A stretch of DNA of 32,000 nt from Desulfobulbus propionicus DSM 2032 (GCF_000186885.1 NC_014972.1:3600001-3632000); one strand, 5' to 3'. Shown: positions 1 through 9,536, numbered from the stretch's first letter. Translations and numbers: made by a program. Notes: generated by a model from the sequence alone, not told the origin.

Positions 1-1
1 G

Positions 2-67
2 GCGGCGAGTCTGTTTGTGCTGGTGGTGCTGGCGCTGTTTGTGTGGGGCTCGCGGCGGAGATGGTGA
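2..67 (+). CDS. 3' end of an upstream gene (partial), hydrophobic C-terminal helix ...AASLFVLVVLALFVWGSRRRW*
   Basis: Frame 2 is open from the window edge to TGA at 65-67. The translation is one TM-like helix plus a basic tail, too short to name. Confidence 0.3.
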   Translation, partial: AASLFVLVVLALFVWGSRRRW

Positions 68-361
68 GGTGGTCACTGCAAAGGAGCGATGACACCGGGG
101 TGGTTCGTGCTTGGGGAAAGAATACCCAGCTCCCGGTCATTTCGACCAAAGGGAGAAATCTCTGTACTCCGGCATCACAGCGGTGGGCAGGCATACTGCC
201 GCCTGCGCCACCCTACGAGATCGATCATGCACGTTTTGATCGTTCCCATACTGGAGCGTAGAAAACAAACCCTGATTTCTGCGCCTCTGCGGGAGAACAA
301 AAATGATCACCATACAGAGTTCAACAGCCTTGTTTTGCAACCCTAGAAAAGGAGAACCACA
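68..361 (+). promoter_or_regulatory. Long structured 5' leader of the transporter operon (candidate riboswitch or attenuator, class unresolved)
   Basis: About 294 nt lie between the upstream stop and the AGGAG/ATG at 350-364. Hairpins: GGTGGGCAGGC/GCCTGCGCCACC (182-212) and CGATCA/TGATCG (222-242). The ORF-track ORFs here overlap on both strands and lack an RBS. Confidence 0.3.
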
Positions 362-1108
362 ATGCTCTACAAATCGCTGATTCTAGGTGTGCTCTTCAGT
401 ATCGGTATCTTTGCCGGCAAAAGCGGCATTGGCCTGGCCTATCTGCTTGGGCGCACGCCATCCTGGCGAGGCAAGGCCCTGCGTCTGCTTGGTTTTGCCC
501 TGCTCTACGCCCTGGTGTTCGCATTGGCGGCCTGGGGCCTGCGCCTCCTTGATCCCCTGGCGCACCTGGGGACTATCCAGCGTTTCCTGCAGTCCGGAAT
601 GCAGGCGCACCTATTGATGGCCGGGGTGATGATTGCCTGGGGGCTGGCCTTGCTGCGCAAACCCCATCAGCACGGCAGCGCCAGTCGCGGCTGGCTGCTT
701 TTGACCCTGCCCTGTCCGGTCTGCGCCACGGTGATCGTCTTCAGCCTCGCCTTTGGCCTGTCACTCTTTCCCGACCACTTTTCCCAGGTGGCCGGCGGTC
801 TCTACCTGGCCTTTCTTGTTATCAGCCTGATGGTGATGGGCTTGATGCTGGGGTTGGGTAAAATGACCGCGCAGTCTGCGGAAACCCTGCTCGGCGGGGC
901 CATGGTGCTGCTCGGTACCTACTTCCTGCTCTCCATGGCCATCCTCCCCCAATTCACCGATGTCGATGCGATCTACCGCATGGCCCATCACCAGGTTCCC
1001 GGTCAACAGCAGGATCTGCGTGCCCTGCTGCCGCTGGTAGTCCTCACTTTATCAACCTTTCTGGCCGGTTTTGGCCGTACCCACCAAAAAATACGGAGTT
1101 CGCACTAA
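362..1108 (+). CDS. Polytopic membrane protein, DUF2162-like predicted transporter
   Basis: AGGAG lies upstream of the ATG. The 248-aa protein is mostly hydrophobic helices and has a CPVC motif. Its stop overlaps the next start (TAATG at 1106-1110). Family assignment is recalled from the DUF2162/MotA-ExbB/DUF2149 gene neighbourhood, not searched. Confidence 0.7.
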   Translation: MLYKSLILGVLFSIGIFAGKSGIGLAYLLGRTPSWRGKALRLLGFALLYALVFALAAWGLRLLDPLAHLGTIQRFLQSGMQAHLLMAGVMIAWGLALLRKPHQHGSASRGWLLLTLPCPVCATVIVFSLAFGLSLFPDHFSQVAGGLYLAFLVISLMVMGLMLGLGKMTAQSAETLLGGAMVLLGTYFLLSMAILPQFTDVDAIYRMAHHQVPGQQQDLRALLPLVVLTLSTFLAGFGRTHQKIRSSH

Positions 1109-1713
1109 TGGATATCGGCGCCCTGCTGCAAACCTTCATCTACCTGGTTTCCTCCTCCCTGCTCTACCCGGTATTGCTGGCACTCAGCCTGCTGGTGCTG
1201 GTGGTCATCGTCCAGGCCGGTGGTTTCTTTGCCGAGTGGCTGGAACGGGCACGGCTCAAACCCTGCCCTTCCCAGAACCTGCCCCGGCTCTTGCAAACCG
1301 GCCAGGCCCAGGGGATGATCTCGCACCGGGTCAACCACTACTTAAAGATCCTCACCGAGATCCGCGACCAGCCGGGAAATCATGGTATCGCCGTGGAAAA
1401 CCTGCTGCAATCCACCACCCTGGAGTTGTGGAAATCCATGGACCGGCTGCGCATCCTGGTGCGCACCGGCCCGTCGCTTGGCCTACTCGGCACCCTCATC
1501 CCCATGGGCACCGGCCTGGCCTCCCTGGGTCAGGGCGACATGACCAAGCTCAGTTCAGATCTGGTCATCGCCTTCACCACCACCGTGGTCGGCATGGCGG
1601 TGGGTACGGTGGCCTTCTGTTTCTACACCCTGCGCCGCCGTTGGCTGGAAGAGGATATCAAAAACATGGAACTGGCCACCGAACTGCTGCTCAATGGGCC
1701 GGTGGAGCACTGA
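1108..1713 (+). CDS. MotA/TolQ/ExbB-family proton channel protein
   Basis: 201 aa with an N-terminal TM helix and the C-terminal block GPSLGLLGTLIPMGTGL...VIAFTTTVVGMAVG typical of ExbB/TolQ. Translationally coupled on both sides. Confidence 0.85.
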   Translation: MDIGALLQTFIYLVSSSLLYPVLLALSLLVLVVIVQAGGFFAEWLERARLKPCPSQNLPRLLQTGQAQGMISHRVNHYLKILTEIRDQPGNHGIAVENLLQSTTLELWKSMDRLRILVRTGPSLGLLGTLIPMGTGLASLGQGDMTKLSSDLVIAFTTTVVGMAVGTVAFCFYTLRRRWLEEDIKNMELATELLLNGPVEH

Positions 1714-1714
1714 G

Positions 1715-2110
1715 ATGCACTACTTCCGCCCGCGCAGAACGAGCAAATCCCGCAAGGGTTTCAGCGACCCGGCCTTCCGTGACGACGATCCCATGACCGG
1801 AGTGGCCAACCTCTTTGACATTGGCCTGGTGTTCATTGTCGGCCTGCTACTGACCCTGTTCAACGCCTACCGGCTCCAGGATCTGTTCGACAGCAAATCG
1901 GAGATGACCATCATGAAACAGCAGGCCTCGGGCGAGATGGAGATCATCGTCAAGAAAGGCACCGAAATCAAGGCCTCGCGTGTCACCCAAGAGGCGGCCC
2001 AGGGCAAGGGGAACCGGCTTGGTGTGGCGTATCGGCTGGAAGACGGTTCCATGGTCTATGTGCCGGATACCTCCCAACCTGCCCTAACCAACCCAGGAGT
2101 GAAACCATGA
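1715..2110 (+). CDS. DUF2149-like protein in the ExbD position (N-terminal TM anchor plus soluble domain)
   Basis: ATG at 1715 follows GGTGGAG with 7-nt spacing; the ORF-track start at 1694 overlaps the previous gene and is less likely. TM segment ANLFDIGLVFIVGLLLTLF. ATGA overlap with the receptor gene at 2107-2110. Confidence 0.7.
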   Translation: MHYFRPRRTSKSRKGFSDPAFRDDDPMTGVANLFDIGLVFIVGLLLTLFNAYRLQDLFDSKSEMTIMKQQASGEMEIIVKKGTEIKASRVTQEAAQGKGNRLGVAYRLEDGSMVYVPDTSQPALTNPGVKP

Positions 2111-4029
2111 CCGTTTCCTTGCTTACCTCGCCAAGGCTGTTTGCAGTTGCCGCATGCTGCTGCCTCCCCTGCGCGGCATTCGTGTTTCCGCACACTGTCC
2201 AGGCGGCCCACGAACAGGCCACCAGCCATGGCACGGAGGCCACCACCTTGGAAACCGTGGTGGTCACTGCCGACCGGCTCAGTGAATTCGCCGAGCAGAA
2301 CCCTGCCATGGTTGAGGTACTGGGACGCAAGGAGATGAGTCGGCGCAACCTGCTCAGTGTGGAGGAGGCGCTGGGCACCATGGCCGGGGTGGAGGTCAAG
2401 CAGTCCATGGGCGTGGGCTCGCGCATCTCCATCCGGGGCTCGGGAAAATCCGGCGGTGTCCTGGTGCTGTTGAACGGCCGGCCGCTGAACAGCAACCAGT
2501 TTGGCAGCGTCGATTTGGCGGGTATCCCGGTGGAAACCATCGAATCGATCACCGTGTTCAAGCCGCCGGTACCGGTCTGGTTGGGCAGCGGCGCCAGCGA
2601 GGGGGCGATCAGTATCGCCACCAAGGGGATCACCAGTAAAAAAGAGGCGGACAAGGGCCCGGCCAGCAAGCTACGGGTTGCCGGCGGTTCCTACGGCACC
2701 TTCGAGTCCAGTGCCAGCCACCAGATGCGCCTCGCATCAGGGGCCACGGCCATGGGCTCGGCCACTGGCAAGCACCGCGACGGCAAACGCAGCAACAGCG
2801 ACCTCGATAGCGGCAGCTTGCTGGTGCATTGGGACGACGAATTGGAAGAGAACCGCAAGCTGGAGTTCAACGGCCGCTTCTTCACCTCGGAGTCGGGATC
2901 ACCGGGGCCGCTGGATAACCCCACCCCGGATGCGCGCCAGTCCTACGACAAGGCTTCCTTTGACAGCCGACTCAGTGGTCTGGCTGGCGACAGCGGCGAT
3001 TACGCGCTCAATCTCTATGGGGATACCATCCGCGTTGAAGATAAGAGCCAGACTGGTCTGGTCTCAACGCTTGACGACGACAAGGTGGGGTTGAAAGGGG
3101 AATACAACTGGAACGATGCAGCCGACCAATGGGCCCTGCGCACCAGCACCATCCTTGAACATGATGATCTTGATCACACCCTCTCCGGCAGCCACCAGCG
3201 AAGTACCGCCGGGATTGGCGTGCAGACGGATCGCAAATGGCAGGACTGGACCCTCACCGCCGGCGCACGCGGCGACGAGGTTTCCGACTTTGGCTTTAAT
3301 CCGGCTGTCTCCGGTGGCATCCATCATGTGCTTGGCGTGGGTTGGTCATTCAAGGCCAATCTTGGCCACAGCGTCAACATTCCCACCTTTGGCCAGCTTT
3401 ATCAACCCAGCCACGGCAGCATTGACCAAACCCGGGGCAACCCTGATCTGGACAAGGAAAAAATCCTCGCCGCCGATGCCGGTGTGGAATACAGCCCGAG
3501 TAAAATCGCCTCGCTGCGTTTGAGTATTTTCCGCAGCGACACCGACGACCCCATCCTTTACCAACGCGATTCCACCACGCACATCTACAGTCCAATCAAC
3601 GGTGACAAAGCCTGGCGACAGGGAGTGGAGGCCGGAGGAAAATACACGGTGAATCCGCGACTCAGCTTGGAGGCTAATCTCATTCTTCAGGATTCCGAGG
3701 TCGAGGGGACCGGTGCAGAGTTGACCTACACTCCCCACCTTACTTCCAAGCTCACCGTACAAAGCACTGTGCCAACCAGTGAAACCCGCCTGGAAACGAC
3801 CTTGCGTTATTGCGGCAAACAATACAGCGAGATGAGTAACCTGGAATCGCAAAGATTAGACGAGTATGTAACGGTGGACGGCAAACTAACGCAACCCTTC
3901 AAGCTCATGGGCACGAACGCGGAATGGTTCGTCAATGTGGAAAATCTCTTCGATACCGGCTATTCCATTCACTACGGCTATCCGGATGAGGGTATCCGCT
4001 TGCTCACTGGCCTCAATCTGCGGTTTTGA
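2107..4029 (+). CDS. TonB-dependent outer-membrane receptor
   Basis: Signal peptide, TonB-box/plug region (ETVVVTADR, ISIRGSG, LLNGRPL), a long beta-barrel region and a C-terminal ...GLNLRF ending in an aromatic residue. Confidence 0.9.
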   Translation: MTVSLLTSPRLFAVAACCCLPCAAFVFPHTVQAAHEQATSHGTEATTLETVVVTADRLSEFAEQNPAMVEVLGRKEMSRRNLLSVEEALGTMAGVEVKQSMGVGSRISIRGSGKSGGVLVLLNGRPLNSNQFGSVDLAGIPVETIESITVFKPPVPVWLGSGASEGAISIATKGITSKKEADKGPASKLRVAGGSYGTFESSASHQMRLASGATAMGSATGKHRDGKRSNSDLDSGSLLVHWDDELEENRKLEFNGRFFTSESGSPGPLDNPTPDARQSYDKASFDSRLSGLAGDSGDYALNLYGDTIRVEDKSQTGLVSTLDDDKVGLKGEYNWNDAADQWALRTSTILEHDDLDHTLSGSHQRSTAGIGVQTDRKWQDWTLTAGARGDEVSDFGFNPAVSGGIHHVLGVGWSFKANLGHSVNIPTFGQLYQPSHGSIDQTRGNPDLDKEKILAADAGVEYSPSKIASLRLSIFRSDTDDPILYQRDSTTHIYSPINGDKAWRQGVEAGGKYTVNPRLSLEANLILQDSEVEGTGAELTYTPHLTSKLTVQSTVPTSETRLETTLRYCGKQYSEMSNLESQRLDEYVTVDGKLTQPFKLMGTNAEWFVNVENLFDTGYSIHYGYPDEGIRLLTGLNLRF

Positions 4030-4267
4030 CATCTACGATGACGAGGTATGGCGCCAATTGGTGTTTTACCTCGTCGAAGTCTTCGAAGTGTCTCCGTCAC
4101 CGGTCCTCCCGCCCATCTCTTCTTTGAAGCACATCCTCCATGCCGTTTCATTGGCAGCGGCACAGTATCCTTGGGGGCACTGTTAATTTATGTCGTGAAA
4201 AACAGTATTACTTTTTCAATATTCGTGTTAACTGTGACTGGTAAATTCATACTCTCCCAGGAACAGC

Positions 4268-4531
4268 ATGCACGCAAAACAGTTCACGATTCGTGTTGAA
4301 TGCCCACAATGTGCGGATGGATATATCGGTCACATGACAGCCGATGAAATCTTACAACGAACACTCAACGGGGGATGCAGTCTTGCCTGTCCTCTTTGCG
4401 GTAGAATCCATCTCAGCAGAGAGGAAATCGAACAACTCGAACAGGAAAAAATCGTTTATACAGAACGTTATCGACAGATTCGCATGCAAGCCGAGTCAAT
4501 ATCGTTCGATGAAAATATCACGAAGGTCTAA
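4268..4531 (+). CDS. Small zinc-ribbon protein (CxxC...CxxC), unknown function
   Basis: 87 aa with CPQC and CPLC pairs and a charged helical tail. The stop lies 2 nt before the hldD ATG. Weak RBS. Confidence 0.5.
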   Translation: MHAKQFTIRVECPQCADGYIGHMTADEILQRTLNGGCSLACPLCGRIHLSREEIEQLEQEKIVYTERYRQIRMQAESISFDENITKV

Positions 4532-4533
4532 TT

Positions 4534-5517
4534 ATGATCATTGTCACCGGAGGATTAGGTTTTATCGGCAGCAACATCATCCACGCCTTGAACGCCCGTG
4601 GCGTAACCGACATCATTGTTGTTGACGATTTCACGGACGGCACCAAATTTACCAACGTCTCTGATGCCCAGGTGGCTGATTATTTCGACAAAGACGAGTT
4701 CTTGACCCGTGTGCAGCAAGGGCAGTGCTTCAACGGAAAGGTGGATGCGCTGCTCCACCAGGGAGCCTGTTCCGCCACTACGGAGTGGAACGGCAAGCTG
4801 GTGATGGAAAACAACTTCACCTATTCCAAGGAACTGTTTCACTACGCTGACCAACACCGCATACCTTTCATATATGCCTCAAGTGCTTCGGTGTATGGTA
4901 ATGGTACGACCTTCATCGAAGATCCACGATTCGAACGACCGATTAACGTCTATGCGTACTCCAAGACTTTGTTTGATCAGTATGTTCGCCGTCATGTTGT
5001 TTCTGGTCAAAGCCAGGTTGTCGGTCTCCGGTATTTTAATGTGTACGGGCCACGCGAACAGCATAAGGGAGGCATGGCCAGCGTGGCATTTCACCTGCGC
5101 AATCAACTGCTTTCGAAAAAGGTTGTTCACCTTTTTGAAGGATCGGATGGTTACGGCCCCGGTGAACAGCGCCGCGATTTTATCCATGTGGAGGATGCAG
5201 TTGATGTCATCCTCTGGTTTTTGGAGTATCCGGCAATATCCGGCATTTTCAATGTCGGCACCGGAAAAAGTCAGAGTTTCAACGAGGTGGCCCAGGCAGT
5301 ACTAACGGCTTTTGGGTACGGTGAGTTGCAATATATTCCTTTCCCGGAACACCTCAAAGGTCGTTACCAGAGTTTTACCGAGGCCGATATCACCCGCCTG
5401 CGAGAAGCAGGATATAATCGGGCATTTCGTTCCGTAGAATCGGGGGTTCTCGACTATATGGAATGGCTGGGACAAGGCGAGCCTATCTTCGCCCGGGGGG
5501 CGGTTGCCACGCTATGA
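4534..5517 (+). CDS. hldD: ADP-L-glycero-D-manno-heptose 6-epimerase
   Basis: [15 protein letters not shown] Rossmann start, ...YASSASVYG..., YAYSK catalytic motif and a length of 327 aa match HldD/RfaD closely. Confidence 0.9.
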   Translation: MIIVTGGLGFIGSNIIHALNARGVTDIIVVDDFTDGTKFTNVSDAQVADYFDKDEFLTRVQQGQCFNGKVDALLHQGACSATTEWNGKLVMENNFTYSKELFHYADQHRIPFIYASSASVYGNGTTFIEDPRFERPINVYAYSKTLFDQYVRRHVVSGQSQVVGLRYFNVYGPREQHKGGMASVAFHLRNQLLSKKVVHLFEGSDGYGPGEQRRDFIHVEDAVDVILWFLEYPAISGIFNVGTGKSQSFNEVAQAVLTAFGYGELQYIPFPEHLKGRYQSFTEADITRLREAGYNRAFRSVESGVLDYMEWLGQGEPIFARGAVATL

Positions 5518-5548
5518 GAGGATTGGATACTGTGGTGGTTTTGAACCG

Positions 5549-5584
5549 CCCGGTGCAACGTGACCGTGCATCGGGCGTTTTTTT
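5549..5584 (+). terminator. Rho-independent terminator after hldD
   Basis: CCCGGTGCA (5549-5557) pairs with TGCATCGGG (5567-5575), with one G-U pair, followed by a T7 run (5578-5584). Confidence 0.7.
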
Positions 5585-5962
5585 AAAATCGAGGAAAAAG
5601 AGGCAAACAGCTCCGAAGACCGGCTCTTCCAAAGAATCCAAGTAAAGCCGCGTCATTTCAAACCACGGATTTTCTCTTACCAAATCGCATTGTTGAAAAA
5701 AATAAAGTTCATTGCAGATGGAGACTTTCCTGGAGAGCGCCAACAGTTAGATTCTCTTTAAATTCAATCCGCTGAACGTCTGCCACCTATCGTTGCAACG
5801 TGAATATTCTTTCAGTCGTCCCCTGAAACGCCCCCTGTTTCCCCCCTCAACTAACCCCAAAACGATGTCACGCTGCAGGTGCGATGTCATCACCCCTGAA
5901 AAAAGAAGAGAGACCGATTGGAACGGTCGCCTTTTCCATTTTAATCTGGGAGATGATCATCC

Positions 5963-6703
5963 ATGCAGTCCATCATTCTGTCTTTAGCCAGCCGATACGC
6001 TCTTTCCACCGCCGAAGTCATCCAGGAAATTGAATCTGCCTTTGCTCGCCAGCTCTCCCAGTGGTACCGCCAGGAGGTCATGGTTTTTCTTCGAGAAGGA
6101 ATGCAACTGGAGGTTGTGACCTACGGTCCGAGAAACGGCCTTCCTGTGCAACACATTCTCGATCTTCCCGCTGTCCTTTCCCGCAATCAATTCACAACCA
6201 TTCTGGAAAACCACCTGGCCATGGCCGCAGTCATCAAACAGGTCCGCTTGCTCAAGGGGTTTGAGCGGCGACTGCTCTGGGGCGAAGTTGTCCGCAACAG
6301 AGCCGGCGACCATCTCCTGGTTGAAACCGAGATCATCCCGGACGAACCGATTATCGCCATCTGTCCCGTCAACCGGATCGGCCTGCATGAACGCCATACT
6401 GGCCGTTTTCAGCCTGGCCAACGCCGGGCCTTCCACCTGCGCCGAATCGAACCGGTGCTGGTGAACGGTACCCCTCGCACCAAAGTCATCCTTGACCGGG
6501 TCTCCAAGACTCTGACCGAGAATCTGCTCAGGTATTATCTGGGTGATGCGGCTCATCGGTTTCATTTCCGCTGCCTGACTCGCTACGTCGGCCACAAGAG
6601 CGTTGTCCTAACCACAAGAAGGCTGCCGCATCAGGTGATCATCGCCGTGGACCGGGAACTCCAGGAACGGATCGAGGTCCGGATCGTCAAGGCCTTGCCA
6701 TGA
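5963..6703 (+). CDS. NusA-like protein (N-terminal domain, S1/OB-like and KH-like segments), function unknown
   Basis: GGGAG upstream; 246 aa. Pattern similarity to NusA: the N-terminal helical part, GEVV...FQPGQRRAFHL...LDRVSKTLTENLL (S1 plus linker) and ...DRELQERIEVRIV (KH end). ATGA overlap with the next gene. Function is inferred from resemblance only. Confidence 0.5.
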   Translation: MQSIILSLASRYALSTAEVIQEIESAFARQLSQWYRQEVMVFLREGMQLEVVTYGPRNGLPVQHILDLPAVLSRNQFTTILENHLAMAAVIKQVRLLKGFERRLLWGEVVRNRAGDHLLVETEIIPDEPIIAICPVNRIGLHERHTGRFQPGQRRAFHLRRIEPVLVNGTPRTKVILDRVSKTLTENLLRYYLGDAAHRFHFRCLTRYVGHKSVVLTTRRLPHQVIIAVDRELQERIEVRIVKALP

Positions 6704-7701
6704 AGTCACCAGAATCGACGGAACCGAAAGCCCCTTGGACCCATATCGGACAAGGCGTGCATCTCGATCATCCGCAAACGGTCATGGAACTGGGTGTGCC
6801 CGACAGTCACCGTAAGGGTCATTTCTGGTGCTTTGGCACCACCCGGGTCGGCAAGACCCGGATCATGGAACACATCATCGAGCAGGATATCTGCAAGGGG
6901 TATTCGGTGGTGGCCATTGATCCTAAGGGCGATATCGATCTGTTCTCCAAGATCACCCAACTGGCCCATGAGACCGACCGGCTCGACGACCTGATGCTGA
7001 TCACCCCGATCTTTCCCCAGTACAGTGCTATCCTCGATCCTTTGTCGTCCTACTACATGCCCGAGGAACTGGTGGCCCATATTACCGCCGGGGTAGCCAT
7101 CGGCCGTGAACCCTATTTCTTCGGGGTGGCCTACGAGGTCAGCCTGGTAGTGGTCCAGGCGCTCATTATGCTGGCCGAGCAGGCCGGGCATAAGCCCTCG
7201 TTCAACCTCAACGACATCAAGAACCACATCAGCCATCAGGACCTGGAGCAGCTCAAAGAGAAGATCGATTACATTGACAGCCCGGAGGCCAAACAGCTCT
7301 CCCTGGATATCCAGAAAATTCTCTCTACGCCGGCGGACTACTACTCCAAGGTGGCCAGCTCCTTGCGGGTGGCGCTCACCGAGTTGACCTCGGGCAATGT
7401 CGGCAAGATCATCGGCAAGGCTGACGAGAACCGTTTCATCCAACGGCTGGAAGAAGGCAAGGGCATCATCCTGGTGGTGCAATTGGGCTTGTTGTTGACC
7501 AAGCGGGCGGCCTATACCGCCGGCAAGGTGATCATCTCCATGATCCAGGCCTTTGTCGGCCGGGTCTATTCCTCAGGCAGGAATGTGACCCCCTCTTTAG
7601 TGCTCCATATCGACGAGGCCCAGTCGGTCCTCTACCAAGGGATCGAGGACCTCTTTGCCAAGGCCGGCGGCGCCGGGGTGTTCATCCACGGTTATCCTTG
7701 A
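6700..7701 (+). pseudogene. Coupling-protein-like (TraD/TrwB/HerA-type) P-loop ATPase, 3'-truncated at the IS21 junction
   Basis: Walker A GTTRVGKT, ...VVAIDPKGD..., Walker-B-like LVLHIDEA. No TM segment. The frame ends 2-3 codons after the sequence switches to istA (~7690-7697). Confidence 0.7.
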
Positions 7702-8827
7702 TTTTGCACCGGGAGAGGCCGCACAGGTTGATTTCGGCGCTGGTCCCAAATTGATCGATCTCCACACCGGCGAGATTCGATCGACCTGGTTTTTCATCAT
7801 GACGCTGTGTTACTCCCGGCACCAGTATGCCGAGATCGTCTGGAACCAGAAGGTCGCCACCTGGCTGGCCTGCCACCGCCGGGCCTTCGAGTGGTTTGGC
7901 GGCGTTCCGGAAAAACTGATCATCGACAACGCCAAATGCGCCATTACCCGGGCCTGCGCCAAGGATCCAGAGGTGCAGCGCTCCTATGGTGAACTCGCTC
8001 TGGGCTACGGCTTCCGCATATCGCCCTGTCCGCCGCACGATCCGCAGAAAAAAGGGCGGGTCGAGGCAGGGGTCAAGTATGTCAAGCATGCCTTTATGCC
8101 CCTGAGACAGTTTCGCGATCTGACCGACGCCAACCGCCAGTTGGTCCAATGGGTCATGCATGAGGCCGGCATCCGCATCCATGGCACCACGCGCCGGCCG
8201 CCGGTGGAGCTTTTTGACGAGACCGAAAAAGCCCTGCTCCAACCCCTGCCGGACATGCCGGTGCAGGAGGCGGTGTGGGTCAAGGTCAAGGTGCACGGCA
8301 ACGGACATGTCGCCTACGAGAAAAACCTTTACTCCGTACCCTTTCAGCGTATCCGCCAGACCCTCTGGCTCAAGGCCACCGACACCACCATCCAGGTCTT
8401 TCACAACCACGAGATGGTGGCTGTGCATCCGCGCCTACACGGGGCCGGGCGCCACTCCACCCTGGATAATCACATGCCTCCCGATGCCCTGGCCTACAAG
8501 CTCCGTGATCCCCAGTGGTGTTTGCGCCAGGCGGAAACGATTGGTTCCGCTTGCCTGCAACTCATCAACCAGCTCTTTGCGCACCGGGTCCTTGATCATC
8601 TCCGCGCCGCCCAAGGGGTGATCCGTCTGGCGGAGCGCTATGGCAACCAACGGCTCGAAGCCGCCTGTGCACGGGCTTTACTCTTTGACTCGCCCCGGTA
8701 TCGCACCGTCAAAACCATCCTGGAAAATGACCAGGAACAGGCCGCAGGGCTGCACGATGCTCCGCTGCCCGCCATCTACAGCGGCAACTCCCGATTCCAA
8801 CGCAACACCACCGATCTGATCCAGTGA
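7694..8827 (+). pseudogene. istA: IS21-family transposase IstA, N-terminally truncated
   Basis: DDE/integrase core motifs: QVDFG, WFFIMTLCYSRH, LIIDNAKCAI, PHDPQKKGRVE. Confidence 0.85.
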
Positions 8828-8838
8828 AAGGAGCAACC

Positions 8839-9423
8839 ATGCAGCCCATGCCCGAATTGACCCCCTTGCTCAAGCAGCTCCGACTCTCCGGTATCCTCGA
8901 ATCCCTGGCAGCCAGAAACCGCCAGGCCATTGAGGCCAAGCTCGCCTATCCCGAGTTCCTTGCCCTACTCATCCAGGACGAGGTTGCCAGAAGAGACCAG
9001 AAAAAGTTCAGCCTCCGGGTCCGACGCGCCGGATTTCGCTCGCAGAAGACCATCGAACAGTTTGATTTCGACTTCAACCCCGGCATCAACCGGGCCTTTA
9101 TCCAGGAACTGGCCACCTGCCGCTTTGTCGAAGAACCAGCCAATCTCCTCATCGCCGGCCCCTGCGGCACCGGCAAGAGCCATCTCGCCCAGGCGCTCGG
9201 CCATTGTGCCGTGCGCCAAGGGCATGAGGTCGTGTTTACAACCCAGACGCAACTGCTCAACGGGCTGCACGCAGCTCGCGCCATGGGCACCTTTGAACGT
9301 CGCTTCCAGGCCCTGGTCAGGGTGCCGCTGCTGATCATCGATGATCTGGGGCTCAAACCGCTCAGGCCTCCCCAGGATGAGGACCTGCACGACCTCATAG
9401 CCAAACGGCATGAGCGCACAGCT
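8839..9423 (+). pseudogene. istB: IS21-family helper ATPase IstB, C-terminally truncated
   Basis: AAGGAG precedes the ATG at 8839. LKQLRLSG..., Walker A GPCGTGKSH, Walker B LLIIDDLG. The last ~40 aa are missing and the ORF reads through into unrelated sequence up to 9486. Confidence 0.85.
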
Positions 9424-9531
9424 ATCCGCAACTGTTCGAAGGTCTACACCGTTCATGATCATATAGCTCGCGGCTGTATGCCTTAAATCGTGCATGTGAA
9501 AATTTTCGATGCCGGCTCTTTTTACAGTGTT
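9424..9531 (-). pseudogene. Tyrosine recombinase fragment (box II region only, ~36 codons)
   Basis: The minus-strand translation ...NTVKRAGIENFHMHDLRHTAASYMIMNGVDLRTVAD contains the HxLRHT box. It is bounded by the istB junction (9423/9424) and the IS3 end (~9532). Confidence 0.7.
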
Positions 9532-9536
9532 CCGCC

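Larger units (their letters stand above)
7694..9423 (+). mobile_element. IS21-family remnant lacking both ends (5'-deleted istA, 3'-deleted istB, no terminal repeats)
   Basis: istA similarity starts abruptly at ...ILDFAPGEAAQVDFG, so the N-terminal HTH part (~120 aa) is absent. istB similarity stops at ...IAKRHERTA (9423). Confidence 0.85.

Noticed and set aside
185-200. Possible B12 box / cobalamin riboswitch
   Set aside because: Only about 10 of 16 positions match the consensus I remember. I could not place the GGGAA...GGUG...CCACUG core elements, so I do not call it a riboswitch without a covariance-model search.
43-346. ORF-track ORFs 43-261 (+), 89-346 (+) and 137-340 (-) in the operon leader
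   Set aside because: They overlap one another on both strands, lack an RBS and have R/P/S-rich arbitrary sequence. They lie between a real stop (65-67) and the SD of the next gene, so I treat the region as non-coding leader.
1071-2669. ORFs 1071-1796 (+, 241 aa) and 1983-2669 (-, 228 aa)
   Set aside because: They are out-of-frame or antisense shadows of the ExbB-like, DUF2149-like and receptor genes. Their P/G/R/A-rich low-complexity translations are typical of GC-rich DNA.
4040-4075. Hairpin GACGAGGTA...TACCTCGTC after the TonB-receptor gene
   Set aside because: The stem is 9 bp but the loop is 18 nt and no T-run follows, so I do not call it an intrinsic terminator.
5483-5743. 86-aa minus-strand ORF overlapping the hldD terminator
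   Set aside because: It runs through the terminator hairpin and the hldD 3' end, and has no RBS or motif.
8965-9495. 176-aa minus-strand ORF
   Set aside because: Only its first ~24 codons, plus 12 codons upstream of its Met, are a real tyrosine-recombinase fragment. The rest is antisense to istB.
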